64,000 nt of DNA, from assembly GCF_050320075.1 (NCBI RefSeq), contig NZ_CP190018.1; one strand, given 5' to 3'. Positions 32,980 to 47,137 of this stretch are shown piece after piece. How positions within the stretch are numbered: position 1 is the stretch's first letter; each line of letters opens with the position of its first letter. The translations under genes were made by a program, and so were the position numbers. Source of the stretch: Escherichia coli. Its GTDB lineage: Bacteria; Pseudomonadota; Gammaproteobacteria; Enterobacterales; Enterobacteriaceae. The notes under the pieces were generated by a model. That model had not been told where the DNA came from, ran no database searches, and saw only the letters and a program-made list of their open reading frames with translations.

Positions 32980-33393
32980 TTAACTGCCACGATAGGTTGA
33001 ATACCCATATTGGCTAAGTAATAAAGGCACATGATAATGCTCGTTCACTTTATTAATATGAAATTCAACGGGGATCTCAGGGAAGAAACTTTCAAGATTT
33101 TGTTTCTTGAAATAGTCCCCGGTTTTAAATACGACACGGTAATCGCCCGTAGTTGCAGTTTGCTCGGGCCACAGTGCCTTAATTCGTCCATCCTTATCTG
33201 TTTTGGCGGTATTAAGTTGTAACCAGCCGTTGTCCGCTTTCTTTTCAAGAGTGACTGTCACGTCGGCAGCGGGTTTTCCTGTTTGCTGGTTCAAAATGTG
33301 CACGCTAAGAATGTTTTGTTGTGCAGCATAGACCAAAGAAGGTAATGAAAATGCAGCCGTTACTACGGAGAGAACTAAATAACGCTTTAACAT
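32980..33393 (-). CDS. hiuH: 5-hydroxyisourate hydrolase (transthyretin-like)
   Basis: 137 aa, signal peptide, C-terminal ...YRGS. Confidence 0.95.
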   Translation of the reverse strand: MLKRYLVLSVVTAAFSLPSLVYAAQQNILSVHILNQQTGKPAADVTVTLEKKADNGWLQLNTAKTDKDGRIKALWPEQTATTGDYRVVFKTGDYFKKQNLESFFPEIPVEFHINKVNEHYHVPLLLSQYGYSTYRGS

Positions 33394-33462
33394 GTTTATA
33401 TCCTTGTCATGTGAATGAGTTTTGAGGATAGCGAAAAAGCGTCCAGGGTAACCTTACAGCAG

Positions 33463-33480
33463 CATTACAATTTTGTAATG
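33463..33480. promoter_or_regulatory. HprR-box palindrome in the hiuH/hprR divergent promoter region
   Basis: cattacaattttgtaatg is the reverse complement of the HprR box consensus as I recall it (CATTACAAAATTGTAATG). Confidence 0.6.
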
Positions 33481-33525
33481 AACCAGGCTGTTTCTATAAC
33501 ATATGATTTATGGCATATTATTTTC

Positions 33526-34197
33526 ATGAAGATTTTACTTATTGAAGATAATCAAAGGACCCAGGAGTGGGTAACGCAGGGGCTTTCCGAAGCGGGTTAT
33601 GTCATTGATGCCGTTTCTGATGGCAGAGATGGGCTTTATCTTGCGCTGAAGGATGATTATGCATTGATCATTCTGGATATTATGCTTCCGGGTATGGATG
33701 GCTGGCAGATCTTACAAACGTTAAGAACAGCAAAGCAAACCCCTGTTATTTGCCTTACTGCAAGGGATTCTGTCGATGACAGAGTCAGAGGGCTGGACAG
33801 TGGAGCAAATGATTATCTGGTAAAACCTTTTTCATTTTCTGAGTTGCTGGCAAGGGTTCGGGCACAATTAAGGCAACATCATGCTTTGAATTCAACATTA
33901 GAAATCAGTGGCTTAAGAATGGACTCTGTTAGTCAAAGTGTGAGCAGGGACAATATCAGTATTACACTGACGCGCAAGGAGTTTCAGTTACTTTGGCTAC
34001 TGGCCTCCAGAGCTGGCGAAATTATACCCAGAACGGTTATTGCGAGTGAAATTTGGGGAATCAACTTTGATAGTGATACCAATACGGTGGACGTCGCCAT
34101 TCGCAGGCTCCGCGCAAAAGTTGATGATCCTTTTCCTGAAAAGCTAATCGCCACAATCCGGGGGATGGGCTATTCATTCGTAGCGGTAAAAAAATAA
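33526..34197 (+). CDS. hprR: two-component response regulator HprR (OmpR family)
   Basis: 223 aa from MKILLIEDNQ...; track ORF extends 37 codons upstream. Confidence 0.95.
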   Translation: MKILLIEDNQRTQEWVTQGLSEAGYVIDAVSDGRDGLYLALKDDYALIILDIMLPGMDGWQILQTLRTAKQTPVICLTARDSVDDRVRGLDSGANDYLVKPFSFSELLARVRAQLRQHHALNSTLEISGLRMDSVSQSVSRDNISITLTRKEFQLLWLLASRAGEIIPRTVIASEIWGINFDSDTNTVDVAIRRLRAKVDDPFPEKLIATIRGMGYSFVAVKK

Positions 34198-35555
34198 TGA
34201 AAAGATTATCTATAACCGTCCGTTTAACCTTGCTTTTTATATTGGTGCTGTCTGTTGCTGGCGCTGGAATTGTCTGGACTCTCTATAATGGCCTGGCAAG
34301 TGAGTTGAAATGGCGCGATGATACAACACTCATTAACCGGACAGCGCAGATCAAGCAGTTGTTAATTGATGGGGTAAATCCAGATACGTTACCTGTGTAC
34401 TTTAACCGGATGATGGATGTTAGTCAGGATATCTTGATCATTCATGGTGATAGCATCAACAAAATTGTTAACCGGACGAATGTCAGTGATGACATGTTAA
34501 ATAACATACCTGCTACTGAGACAATCAGCGCAGCTGGCATTTACAGAAGCATTATTAATGATACAGAGATAGATGCTTTACGAATTAATATTGATGAAGT
34601 TTCGCCATCATTAACGGTTACTGTGGCTAAATTGGCTTCAGCCAGACATAACATGCTTGAACAGTATAAAATTAATAGCATTATAATTTGCATTGTCGCC
34701 ATTATACTTTGCTCAGTATTAAGTCCGCTGTTAATCAGAACGGGGTTACGAGAGATCAAAAAGTTGAGTGGTGTAACGGAAGCGCTGAATTATAACGATA
34801 ACCGGGAGCCTGTTGAGGTTAGCGCATTACCGAGAGAACTAAAACCTCTTGGGCAGGCGTTGAATAAAATGCACCAAGCCTTAGTCAAAGATTTTGAACG
34901 CCTAAGTCAATTTGCTGACGATCTCGCTCATGAACTTAGAACGCCAATTAATGCATTACTGGGTCAGAATCAGGTTACGCTCAGTCAAACCAGAAGTATC
35001 GCTGAATATCAAAAAACAATTGCCGGAAACATTGAAGAGCTGGAAAATATTTCGCGGTTAACAGAGAACATACTGTTTCTTGCCAGGGCAGATAAAAATA
35101 ATGTTTTGGTGAAACTGGACTCGCTTTCTCTCAATAAGGAAGTCGAAAATTTGTTGGACTATCTTGAATACCTTTCAGACGAGAAAGAGATTTGCTTTAA
35201 GGTCGAGTGCAATCAGCAAATCTTTGCGGATAAAATTTTACTACAACGAATGTTATCGAATCTTATTGTTAACGCTATTCGATATTCGCCAGAAAAATCG
35301 CGCATTCTTATAACCAGTTTTCTTGATACCAACGGCTCTCTTAATATTGATATCGCCAGCCCTGGTACGAAAATTAATGAGCCTGAAAAACTCTTCCGTA
35401 GATTTTGGCGCGGAGATAATTCGCGTCATTCCGTAGGTCAGGGACTTGGTCTTTCTTTAGTCAAAGCGATTGCCGAATTGCATGGGGGAAGTGCTACGTA
35501 TCACTATCTCAATAAGCTTAATGTGTTCCGGATTACGTTACCGCAAAGAAATTAA
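34197..35555 (+). CDS. hprS: sensor histidine kinase HprS
   Basis: 452 aa, two TM segments, HisKA/HATPase motifs; overlaps hprR stop. Confidence 0.95.
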   Translation: MKRLSITVRLTLLFILVLSVAGAGIVWTLYNGLASELKWRDDTTLINRTAQIKQLLIDGVNPDTLPVYFNRMMDVSQDILIIHGDSINKIVNRTNVSDDMLNNIPATETISAAGIYRSIINDTEIDALRINIDEVSPSLTVTVAKLASARHNMLEQYKINSIIICIVAIILCSVLSPLLIRTGLREIKKLSGVTEALNYNDNREPVEVSALPRELKPLGQALNKMHQALVKDFERLSQFADDLAHELRTPINALLGQNQVTLSQTRSIAEYQKTIAGNIEELENISRLTENILFLARADKNNVLVKLDSLSLNKEVENLLDYLEYLSDEKEICFKVECNQQIFADKILLQRMLSNLIVNAIRYSPEKSRILITSFLDTNGSLNIDIASPGTKINEPEKLFRRFWRGDNSRHSVGQGLGLSLVKAIAELHGGSATYHYLNKLNVFRITLPQRN

Positions 35556-35586
35556 CATAGGGCTTCAGTACGCCATAAATTAACCG

Positions 35587-35626
35587 TGAAAAACGCAGCC
35601 ACGTCGTGAGTATTAACGTGGCTGCG
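35587..35626 (-). terminator. hairpin terminator between convergent hprS and hchA
   Basis: cgcagccacg-loop-cgtggctgcg with T-run on the minus strand. Confidence 0.5.
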
Positions 35627-35661
35627 ATTGATTATGCGCTTACATTACAATGTAACAGGGA

Positions 35662-36513
35662 TTAACTCGAGTAAGCGGCCAGCATTTCCTGCGCCGCCAG
35701 TTTACCCAACGCATTCGCTGCGAAAGGACTGTCGCCGGTGAGAACTTTACGGTCCTTATGTACTCGCCCGGTGATGTCGTCATTAATAATGTTCATGCAC
35801 ATTTTCTTCAGCTCTTCGCCGAAGTACCAGGTGAGATGACCCGGCATATAGCCTATCTCTGGCGTTTGTTTGTCTGCGGCGTCTGGGAATGCGCAAATGG
35901 AATAACCATTCAGTGGGTTATCGCCGTGGCGAAGTGCCAGAAAAGCCGCCGGACCGTGGCAAAGGGATATAACAAAACGGTCATTTTTGATTGCCCACTG
36001 TAAAGCGGCAGCCACGTCCTGGCTTTCTGGTAAACCAATAAGTGCGCCATGACCACCAGGAACAAAGATTGCTGCATATTCGCTGTCAGCGTTGAGGCTG
36101 GCGACAACATCCGCGAGTTTATTCGGATTGCGGAACAACGATTTATGCTGCTCAAAGAATGGCATTACTTTTTCATCTTTGTGTGGCATAGCCCAGTATT
36201 CAAACTTGGTCATCAGACCGGAAATGGTCGCCACTTCGAATTCGAAACCTGCAGCATGGAGATGATACAACGGCAGCAACGTTTCAATCGGATGGTTACC
36301 GGTCGAAAACAGTTTGCCGTTATCGGTCGGCAAATAACGTTCGTCCGCGGCGATCACCAGAATTTTATGTTTACCACGATAAGGTTTTGGGTAGTCCACG
36401 CCATCAAGATCAGAGACAGGACTAGTATATTGGCTAAGCGAATATTCTGAAGGGAAGAATGCATTATCTTCAGCAATATCGACCTGCGGATTTTTACTTG
36501 TTTGAACAGTCAT
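35662..36513 (-). CDS. hchA: Hsp31 glyoxalase/protein deglycase HchA
   Basis: 283 aa, DJ-1/PfpI family sequence. Confidence 0.95.
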   Translation of the reverse strand: MTVQTSKNPQVDIAEDNAFFPSEYSLSQYTSPVSDLDGVDYPKPYRGKHKILVIAADERYLPTDNGKLFSTGNHPIETLLPLYHLHAAGFEFEVATISGLMTKFEYWAMPHKDEKVMPFFEQHKSLFRNPNKLADVVASLNADSEYAAIFVPGGHGALIGLPESQDVAAALQWAIKNDRFVISLCHGPAAFLALRHGDNPLNGYSICAFPDAADKQTPEIGYMPGHLTWYFGEELKKMCMNIINDDITGRVHKDRKVLTGDSPFAANALGKLAAQEMLAAYSS

Positions 36514-37024
36514 AGTGTATTCCTTATTGTTGCTTAGTTAGGGTAGTCACTATATTTGCGACTGAGCTGGTCGCTATTTTTAACCAGGCTGGAAAATTGA
36601 GTCAATATATCGAAAGCGGTAGTCGGCGGGTGTAAGTATGTAATGATGATGCTGCACTGGTGTTGAATATTATTCACGCCAAATTTTCCTTATTGAGCAA
36701 CGTCGTCGCAAGTGGCCTCAATGATTTTAGACCATTATCAGAGGTCCGGGGCGGCAGGGAGAGATTTAGTGCTGTGGAATATTGTGGTGCTGATGAATAT
36801 TTATATCCCGGATTGGTAGAGAAAAAGCTTTTTCCATGCACTTTTTTTGCAAATATTTCTGTATGGGAGGCGGTTTTGTTGCAGATTAATTCATAAAGAA
36901 ATGCATTTGGGTGTTGGCTGGAAGAGTCGCGGGTAGATGTTATTGTGCCAGCAGGGGCAGGGTAAGGTACTGTATCGATATGCTTTGGCAATTGCATGTG
37001 CCGCAGAGGGAGATGAAATGCCAA

Positions 37025-37062
37025 TAAAAAAGCCTGAGTTCGATGAGGGACGAACTCAGGCT
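37025..37062 (-). terminator. hairpin terminator downstream of the porin gene
   Basis: agcctgagttcg-loop-cgaactcaggct with T-run on the minus strand. Confidence 0.5.
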
Positions 37063-37104
37063 AGTGTTAACTTTTACAGTAACACGCCGCGGCGCGTTGG
37101 CTGA

Positions 37105-38298
37105 TTAGAACTGGTAGACTAAGCCCACAGCAACGATATCATCGGTAGCGATGCCGTTTGCTTTGTAGAAGTCGTCGTCGTTGTCCAGCAGGTTGATTTT
37201 GTAATCAACGTAGGTGGACATGTTTTTGTTGAAGTAGTAAGTCGCACCAATATCAACGTATTTAACCAGATCTTTATTGGTGTAACGTGGGTCGCCGTTG
37301 CCGTCATGAGCCCAACCACCTAAATCCTTACCTTTAGATTGCAGGTAAGCGATGGACGGGCGTAGGCCGAAGTCGAACTGATACTGAGCAACAACTTCAA
37401 AGTTTTGGGTTTTGTTCGCAATACCACCTCTGTCAATGTCGTTATTGTCTTTTCCGCTGCCATATGCAGTCATATTACGTGTTTCTGCATACATTGCCGC
37501 TAAATAGACATTATTCGCATCATATTTAGCACCGACTGTCCATGCTTCAGCTGTTTCACCACCAGCATATTTATTCGAGCGTTGCTCACCTAAACCAGTA
37601 GCACGTTGGTTATCAGTACGGTCAGAGTTTGAATATGCAGCCCCGAGGCTTAACCCGAAGTCAAAGTCATAGGAAGTGGACATACCGAAACCGTCACCAT
37701 TTTCTTTAGACAGTTTACGATTATTACCATTACCAGAACCTTCTTGATCCCAAAGCCCACCCGATCCTTCATTATTACCCTGATATTGCAGAGCAAAGTT
37801 CAGGCCATCGACCTGACCAAAGAAGCCATTGTTACGGTAGGTTGCAACACCATTAGCACGACCGTTCAGGAAGTTGTCGGCACCAGCATAGGTATCGCCA
37901 CCAAATTCTGGCAGCATATCGGTCCATGCTTCAATGTCATATACGACACCGTAGTTACGACCATAGTCGAAAGTACCATTCTGACCAAAGCCTAAACCTG
38001 CAAATGCCAGACGCGTTGCGGGATTACCTTTGTCGCTTTCAGGACCGTTTGCGCCAATGTTAAATTCCCACTGACCATAACCAGTGAATTGGTCAGCGAT
38101 CTGAGTTTCACCTTTGAAACCGATACGGGCATATGACATGTCGCCATCGCTGCCAGCATCATCAGAGAAGTAGTGCAGGCCCGCTACTTTTCCGTACAAA
38201 TCCAGTTTATTACCATCTTTATTATAGACTTCAGCCGCATTTGCTGCGCCAGCAACTAATAACGCCGGGACCAGCATTGCCAGAACTTTTCTTTTCAT
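37105..38298 (-). CDS. yedS: OmpC/PhoE-family general porin (yedS-type), apparently intact
   Basis: Starts [27 protein letters not shown]..., ends ...GLVYQF; track ORF extends 10 codons upstream. Confidence 0.85.
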   Translation of the reverse strand: MKRKVLAMLVPALLVAGAANAAEVYNKDGNKLDLYGKVAGLHYFSDDAGSDGDMSYARIGFKGETQIADQFTGYGQWEFNIGANGPESDKGNPATRLAFAGLGFGQNGTFDYGRNYGVVYDIEAWTDMLPEFGGDTYAGADNFLNGRANGVATYRNNGFFGQVDGLNFALQYQGNNEGSGGLWDQEGSGNGNNRKLSKENGDGFGMSTSYDFDFGLSLGAAYSNSDRTDNQRATGLGEQRSNKYAGGETAEAWTVGAKYDANNVYLAAMYAETRNMTAYGSGKDNNDIDRGGIANKTQNFEVVAQYQFDFGLRPSIAYLQSKGKDLGGWAHDGNGDPRYTNKDLVKYVDIGATYYFNKNMSTYVDYKINLLDNDDDFYKANGIATDDIVAVGLVYQF

Positions 38299-38845
38299 TA
38301 TGTATTCCCTTGTGATTATAATCTTCATGAATATATCAATAAGTGCCGTTATCCAAAAAAAAGCACATTTGGATACTATTCTATGAAGTTCATTTTATTT
38401 TAAAGATTACATGTAACAAATATATTTAAAAGATTTCAAAATGTTTCTAATCTATTTAATATAATTCAGAATTATGAATTCTAAATATAAATATTCATGA
38501 AAATTATAAATGTATATCAATATGTTATGAGTTGAGCGGAAACATAGGGGGTATCAATGATTGTTGCGCCAAACGGCTGGTGTGATCACGCGCACATTAA
38601 TGAAGGCATAAAAAAAGCCGGCATCATGCCGGCCCAAAAAAAATAAACAAGACGATAAAAGGCTAATAACGGAAGCATCATGACACAGAATAATAAAAAG
38701 GTATAATTGTAATCAGTGCTAATATATTGATTGAATGAATTAATAAAGCCGATATCAAAGATAAATAAAATCGCTCAAAACGATTTTTCCTGTATTCACT
38801 GCCGTTGCGCAAAAATTATCTATTTGTTCAAAAAATGATTGAGTC

Positions 38846-39229
38846 TTGACTGGCTCATCCAATGTGGAAAAATGTGACTTTTATCACATAATAGTACTAA
38901 GTCTGAATTTTCCGGGTTATCTCAAAATGGAATACGGTTCGACAAAGATGGAAGAGAGACTCTCTCGCAGCCCTGGCGGCAAATTGGCTTTGTGGGCTTT
39001 CTATACATGGTGTGGCTATTTCGTCTGGGCAATGGCGCGTTACATCTGGGTGATGAGCCGGATCCCTGATGCCCCGGTGTCGGGATTTGAAAGCGATTTA
39101 GGCTCTACCGCGGGAAAGTGGTTAGGGGCACTGGTCGGATTTTTATTTATGGCTCTGGTCGGGGCATTGTTAGGCAGCATTGCCTGGTATACCCGACCTC
39201 GTCCCGCACGTAGCAGACGCTATGAATAA
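38846..39229 (+). CDS. yedR: inner membrane protein YedR
   Basis: Two hydrophobic helices; start codon uncertain (an internal GTG or Met is possible). Confidence 0.7.
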   Translation: MTGSSNVEKCDFYHIIVLSLNFPGYLKMEYGSTKMEERLSRSPGGKLALWAFYTWCGYFVWAMARYIWVMSRIPDAPVSGFESDLGSTAGKWLGALVGFLFMALVGALLGSIAWYTRPRPARSRRYE

Positions 39230-39268
39230 AAACTGCTAAGGTTGCGACTCTTTGGCAACGGAGCGCGT

Positions 39269-39964
39269 ATGGACTTACAACACTGGCAGACACAGTTCGA
39301 AAACTGGTTGAAAAACCATCATCAGCACCAGGACGCGGCCCATGACGTATGTCATTTTCGCCGCGTCTGGGCTACGGCACAGAAGCTGGCGGCAGATGAC
39401 GATGTCGATATGCTGGTGATTTTAACCGCCTGTTATTTTCACGATATTGTGAGCCTGGCGAAAAATCATCCGCAACGGCAGCGTTCTTCAATCCTGGCGG
39501 CAGAAGAGACGCGTCGCCTGCTCCGTGAAGAGTTCGTGCAATTTCCGGCGGAGAAAATCGAGGCCGTTTGTCATGCCATTGCCGCTCACAGTTTCAGCGC
39601 GCAAATCGCCCCCTTAACAACGGAAGCTAAAATCGTCCAGGATGCGGATCGGCTGGAAGCCCTGGGTGCGATTGGCCTGGCGCGCGTGTTTGCTGTTTCA
39701 GGGGCATTGGGCGTGGCGCTGTTTGATGGTGAAGATCCGTTCGCACAGCATCGCCCGCTTGATGATAAACGCTACGCGCTGGATCATTTCCAGACTAAGT
39801 TGCTGAAGCTACCGCAAACCATGCAAACCGCAAGAGGCAAGCAGCTGGCGCAGCACAACGCGCAATTTTTAGTCGAGTTTATGGCGAAGCTCAGTGCCGA
39901 ACTGGCGGGGGAGAATGAAGGTGTCGATCACAAGGTGATAGATGCGTTTTCACCCGCGGGCTGA
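39269..39964 (+). CDS. yedJ: HD-domain phosphohydrolase YedJ
   Basis: 231 aa from [10 protein letters not shown]...; HD motif. Confidence 0.9.
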   Translation: MDLQHWQTQFENWLKNHHQHQDAAHDVCHFRRVWATAQKLAADDDVDMLVILTACYFHDIVSLAKNHPQRQRSSILAAEETRRLLREEFVQFPAEKIEAVCHAIAAHSFSAQIAPLTTEAKIVQDADRLEALGAIGLARVFAVSGALGVALFDGEDPFAQHRPLDDKRYALDHFQTKLLKLPQTMQTARGKQLAQHNAQFLVEFMAKLSAELAGENEGVDHKVIDAFSPAG

Positions 39965-40030
39965 GCGCGTGGCCCTAAATGGCTGTAATTATGTTAACCT
40001 GTCGGCCATCTCAGATGGCCGGTTAAATCT

Positions 40031-41449
40031 ATGCAGGAAAATATATCAGTAACCGATTCATACAGCACCGGGAATGCCGCACAGGCAATGCTGGAGAAAC
40101 TGCTGCAAATTTATGATGCTAAAACGCTGGTGGCGCAGCTTAATGGTGTGGGTGAGAATCACTGGAGCGCGGCAATTTTAAAACGTGCGCTGGCGAATGA
40201 CTCGGCATGGCACCGTTTAAGTGAGAAAGAGTTCGCCCATCTGCAAACGTTGCTACCCAAACCACCGGCACATCATCCGCATTATGCGTTTCGCTTTATC
40301 GATCTGTTTGCCGGAATTGGCGGCATCCGTCGCGGTTTTGAATCGATTGGCGGACAGTGCGTGTTTACCAGCGAATGGAACAAACATGCGGTACGCACTT
40401 ATAAAGCCAATCATTATTGCGACCCGGCGACGCATCATTTTAATGAAGATATCCGCGACATCACCCTCAGCCATAAAGAAGGCGTGAGTGATGAGGCGGC
40501 GGCGGAACATATTCGTCAACACATTCCTGAACACGATGTATTACTGGCGGGTTTTCCTTGTCAGCCATTTTCGCTGGCTGGCGTATCGAAAAAGAACTCG
40601 CTCGGGCGGGCGCACGGTTTTGCCTGTGATACCCAGGGCACGCTGTTCTTTGATGTGGTGCGTATTATCGACGCGCGTCGACCGGCGATTTTTGTGCTCG
40701 AAAACGTCAAAAACCTGAAAAGCCACGACCAGGGTAAAACGTTCCGCATCATCATGCAGACGCTGGACGAACTGGGCTATGACGTGGCCGACGCAGACGA
40801 TAACGGGCCGGACGATCCGAAAATCATCGATGGCAAACATTTTCTGCCGCAGCACCGTGAACGCATCGTGCTGGTGGGTTTTCGTCGCGATCTGAATCTG
40901 AAAGCCGATTTTACTCTGCGTGATATCAGCAAATATTTCCCTGCACAGCGAGTGACGCTGGCGCAGCTGCTGGACCCGATGGTCGAGGCGAAATATATCC
41001 TGACGCCGGTACTGTGGAAGTACCTCTATCGATATGCGAAAAAACATCAGGCGCGCGGTAACGGCTTCGGTTATGGAATGGTTTATCCGAACAATCCGCA
41101 AAGCGTCACGCGTACGCTGTCTGCGCGTTATTACAAAGATGGCGCGGAAATTTTAATCGATCGCGGTTGGGATATGGCCACGGGTGAGAAAGACTTTGAC
41201 GATCCGCTGAATCAGCAACATCGCCCACGTCGGTTAACGCCTCGTGAATGCGCGCGTTTAATGGGGTTTGAAGCGCCGGGAGAAGCGAAATTCCGCATTC
41301 CGGTTTCGGACACTCAGGCCTATCGCCAGTTCGGTAACTCGGTGGTCGTACCGGTCTTTGCCGCGGTGGCAAAACTGCTTGAGCCAAAAATCAAACAGGC
41401 GGTGGCGTTGCGTCAGCAAGAGGCACAACATGGCCGACGTTCACGATAA
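40031..41449 (+). CDS. dcm: DNA-cytosine C5 methyltransferase Dcm
   Basis: 472 aa; PC and ENV motifs ([14 protein letters not shown]). Confidence 0.95.
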   Translation: MQENISVTDSYSTGNAAQAMLEKLLQIYDAKTLVAQLNGVGENHWSAAILKRALANDSAWHRLSEKEFAHLQTLLPKPPAHHPHYAFRFIDLFAGIGGIRRGFESIGGQCVFTSEWNKHAVRTYKANHYCDPATHHFNEDIRDITLSHKEGVSDEAAAEHIRQHIPEHDVLLAGFPCQPFSLAGVSKKNSLGRAHGFACDTQGTLFFDVVRIIDARRPAIFVLENVKNLKSHDQGKTFRIIMQTLDELGYDVADADDNGPDDPKIIDGKHFLPQHRERIVLVGFRRDLNLKADFTLRDISKYFPAQRVTLAQLLDPMVEAKYILTPVLWKYLYRYAKKHQARGNGFGYGMVYPNNPQSVTRTLSARYYKDGAEILIDRGWDMATGEKDFDDPLNQQHRPRRLTPRECARLMGFEAPGEAKFRIPVSDTQAYRQFGNSVVVPVFAAVAKLLEPKIKQAVALRQQEAQHGRRSR

Positions 41450-41900
41450 GGCCACTCGCAGCAAAAATATGCGCGCGATTGCTACGCGTGATACGGCGAT
41501 TGAGAAGCGCCTCGCCAGTCTGTTAACCGGGCAGGGCCTGGCATTTCGCGTTCAGGACGCGGATCTCCCCGGACGCCCGGATTTTGTCGTTGATGAATAT
41601 CGCTGCGTGATATTTACCCACGGCTGCTTCTGGCATCATCATCACTGCTATCTGTTTAAAGTGCCTGAGACACGAACCGAGTTCTGGCTGGAGAAGATAG
41701 GTAAAAATGTTGAGCGCGATCGCCGCGATATCAGTCGCTTGCAGGAACTCGGCTGGCGCGTATTGATTGTCTGGGAGTGCGCGTTACGTGGGCGCGAGAA
41801 GCTGAAGGATGAAGCGCTTACCGAGCGTCTGGAAGAGTGGATCTGCGGCGAAGGTGCCAGCGCGCAGATCGACACGCAGGGGATTCATTTACTCGCTTGA
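41430..41900 (+). CDS. vsr: very-short-patch repair endonuclease Vsr
   Basis: 156 aa from [21 protein letters not shown]; overlaps dcm 3' end in a different frame (known arrangement). Confidence 0.95.
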   Translation: MADVHDKATRSKNMRAIATRDTAIEKRLASLLTGQGLAFRVQDADLPGRPDFVVDEYRCVIFTHGCFWHHHHCYLFKVPETRTEFWLEKIGKNVERDRRDISRLQELGWRVLIVWECALRGREKLKDEALTERLEEWICGEGASAQIDTQGIHLLA

Positions 41901-42809
41901 TGCGTCCTGAATAACTGGCGCAACTACGGGTTTTGCCGGGAAGAGATATTTTCCCAACGTGACCAGTACCACCGCGAAGACAATTACGCCGAGCGCCAGC
42001 CATTCAATCTTCGACAGCGTCTCTCCGCCCAGTCCCGTACCCAGCAAGACCGCGACCACCGGGTTAACGTAGGCGTAGCTGGTGGCGAGAGCCGGACTGA
42101 CGTTGCGGATTAAATACATATAAGCGTTAATGGCGATAATCGAACCAAACAGCGCCAGATAGCCGACCGCAAGGAAGCCTGAAAGGGAAGGGAGCGCCGT
42201 CAGTTTTTCACCTGCAATCATCGACGCGATCATTAACACCACGCCTGCTGCCAGCATCTCAATCGCACCCGCCATCATCCCTACAGGTAATGTAATGCGC
42301 GAGCCATAAACCGAGCCAAACGCCCAGCTAATCGAGCCGATTAAAATCAGAATCGCGCCCCACGGATTGCCGCTTAAATTTCCACCGCTATTGAGCATGA
42401 TGATTCCGGCAAGCCCAATGGCGATACCCACCCATTCCAGTTTGCGCGTTTTAATGCCAAATAGGCGGCTGAAGCACAAGGTAAAGAGAGGCACGGTTGC
42501 AACCACTACGGCGGCGATGCCGGAAGGAACATTTTGATGTTCGGCAACCGTTACCATGCCATTACCGACAGCCAGCAATAACAGGCCAATCAGCGCGGCA
42601 TTGAGCAGCGGACGTAGCGGGGGGAGTTTGTGTCCGCGCAGTAGCAAAAATGCCAGCAATAAAATACCGGCTGCCAGGAATCGCACGCCCGCCATCATTA
42701 ACGGCGGCCAGCTTTCCACGCCAATCCGAATGACAAAATAGGTTGAGCCCCAAATGATATACAACGCAAACAACGCGCCAAAAAGCGGTAACAACTGGCG
42801 GAAACGCAT
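41889..42809 (-). CDS. yedA: EamA/DMT-family transporter YedA
   Basis: 306 aa, about 10 TM helices. Confidence 0.9.
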   Translation of the reverse strand: MRFRQLLPLFGALFALYIIWGSTYFVIRIGVESWPPLMMAGVRFLAAGILLLAFLLLRGHKLPPLRPLLNAALIGLLLLAVGNGMVTVAEHQNVPSGIAAVVVATVPLFTLCFSRLFGIKTRKLEWVGIAIGLAGIIMLNSGGNLSGNPWGAILILIGSISWAFGSVYGSRITLPVGMMAGAIEMLAAGVVLMIASMIAGEKLTALPSLSGFLAVGYLALFGSIIAINAYMYLIRNVSPALATSYAYVNPVVAVLLGTGLGGETLSKIEWLALGVIVFAVVLVTLGKYLFPAKPVVAPVIQDASSE

Positions 42810-42981
42810 AATCCCTCACGGTGGAAATAAAAAGGTGGTTCATAGTAAACGTGAAAATCATTCTGCTGGCGAGAGATATAATTGCACTTGATTGTTAAAA
42901 AAATGTTGACCTGTGAAGCAAGTATCAGAGCTGCCGTTTTTGCTTCATACTTACACCCTTCAACAATAAAAATGAGAGGGA

Positions 42982-43899
42982 ATGCTTTTGGCCGGGAGTA
43001 GTTTACTGACGTTGCTCGATGATATCGCCACACTGCTGGACGATATTTCCGTGATGGGCAAACTGGCGGCGAAGAAAACCGCCGGTGTATTAGGGGATGA
43101 CTTATCGCTCAATGCGCAACAAGTTTCAGGCGTGCGCGCCAACCGGGAACTTCCCGTGGTCTGGGGCGTGGCGAAAGGATCGCTGATCAATAAAGTGATT
43201 CTGGTGCCGCTGGCGCTGATCATCAGTGCGTTTATCCCGTGGGCGATTACGCCACTGTTGATGATTGGCGGCGCGTTTCTCTGCTTTGAAGGGGTAGAGA
43301 AAGTGCTGCATATGCTGGAGGCGCGTAAACATAAAGAAGATCCGGCGCAGAGTCAGCAGCGTCTGGAGAAGTTGGCGGCGCAGGATCCGCTGAAGTTTGA
43401 AAAAGACAAAATAAAAGGGGCGATTCGTACCGATTTTATATTGTCTGCGGAAATCGTCGCCATCACGCTGGGGATTGTGGCAGAAGCGCCGTTGCTTAAT
43501 CAGGTGCTGGTGCTTTCAGGCATCGCGCTGGTAGTGACCGTGGGCGTCTACGGTCTGGTAGGGGTTATCGTTAAGATTGATGACCTGGGGTATTGGCTGG
43601 CGGAAAAATCCAGCGCGCTGATGCAGGCATTAGGTAAAGGGTTATTGATCATTGCGCCCTGGTTGATGAAGGCGTTATCGATTGTCGGCACGCTGGCGAT
43701 GTTCCTCGTCGGCGGCGGGATTGTGGTACATGGTATTGCGCCGCTGCATCACGCCATTGAACATTTCGCCGGGCAGCAAAGTGCAGTGGTGGCGATGATA
43801 TTACCGACTGTTTTAAATCTGATTCTTGGTTTTATCATCGGTGGCATCGTGGTGCTGGGAGTGAAAGCAGTAGCGAAAATGCGCGGTCAGGCACATTAA
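42982..43899 (+). CDS. yedI: DUF808 inner membrane protein YedI
   Basis: 305 aa. Confidence 0.9.
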   Translation: MLLAGSSLLTLLDDIATLLDDISVMGKLAAKKTAGVLGDDLSLNAQQVSGVRANRELPVVWGVAKGSLINKVILVPLALIISAFIPWAITPLLMIGGAFLCFEGVEKVLHMLEARKHKEDPAQSQQRLEKLAAQDPLKFEKDKIKGAIRTDFILSAEIVAITLGIVAEAPLLNQVLVLSGIALVVTVGVYGLVGVIVKIDDLGYWLAEKSSALMQALGKGLLIIAPWLMKALSIVGTLAMFLVGGGIVVHGIAPLHHAIEHFAGQQSAVVAMILPTVLNLILGFIIGGIVVLGVKAVAKMRGQAH

Positions 43900-43977
43900 T
43901 ACTCGCACAGGCTATTATGCAAAATTCGCCATCTTAAACTAAGGTGAACAAGTTTCACTCGAAAAAAGGAGGCGAGT

Positions 43978-44160
43978 ATGAGCTTTATGGTTAGTGAGGA
44001 AGTTACGGTTAAAGAGGGCGGCCCGCGGATGATTGTCACCGGATACTCCAGCGGTATGGTTGAGTGTCGTTGGTATGACGGTTACGGGGTCAAGCGGGAA
44101 GCTTTTCATGAAACCGAGCTTGTTCCGGGGGAGGGGAGTCGTTCTGCGGAAGAAGTTTGA
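43978..44160 (+). CDS. yodC: small protein YodC
   Basis: 60 aa. Confidence 0.85.
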   Translation: MSFMVSEEVTVKEGGPRMIVTGYSSGMVECRWYDGYGVKREAFHETELVPGEGSRSAEEV

Positions 44161-44330
44161 AAGGGTATCATTAACACCAGGCCGGATCACATCCGGCCTG
44201 GTGTGCCAATGCCTGCAATGAATGATAGTCGCGTCTTATCATGCCACCATTATAAAATTATCGCTGTTTTGCGGTACGTTATCGCCGGGTTATGCCAGAA
44301 TCATAAAAAAGCAGGTTGGGAGTCGTCAGG

Positions 44331-46858
<2,528 letters not shown>

Positions 46859-47037
46859 TTACCAGGATGATTCTCAAAACAGCACAAATTATCAAAGATG
46901 TTTTTTTCGGGAGCGATCCCGTTGACGCCAGAGCCACCAAGGGGTGACGCGCGTCACATTTCTATTCATAAGTAGCGTTAATCATTCATATCACGAATAT
47001 TTTCTTGTCAGCGAAAAAAATTGCGGATAAGGTGATG

Positions 47038-47124
47038 AACACATCAGATTTCCTGGTGTAACGAATTTTTTAAGTGCTTCTTGCTTAAGCAAGTTTCATC
47101 CCGACCCCCTCAGGGTCGGGATTT
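47038..47124 (+). ncRNA. dsrA: DsrA small regulatory RNA
   Basis: aacacatcagatttcctggtgtaacgaattttttaagtgcttcttgcttaagcaagtttcatcccgaccccctcagggtcgggattt matches DsrA as recalled, incl. terminal hairpin plus U-run. Confidence 0.9.
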
Positions 47125-47137
47125 TTTTATTGTGCAT

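Noticed and set aside
36660-37024. ORFs 36660..36896 (+) and 36674..37024 (-) in the hchA-yedS intergenic region
   Set aside because: No SD, no recognisable family, overlap each other and the yedS terminator hairpin; likely non-coding promoter/terminator region.
41268-41429. Upstream extension of the vsr ORF (210-aa track ORF)
   Set aside because: Extension lies inside dcm in another frame; Vsr starts at the Met at 41430 (MADVHDK...), the known dcm-vsr overlap.
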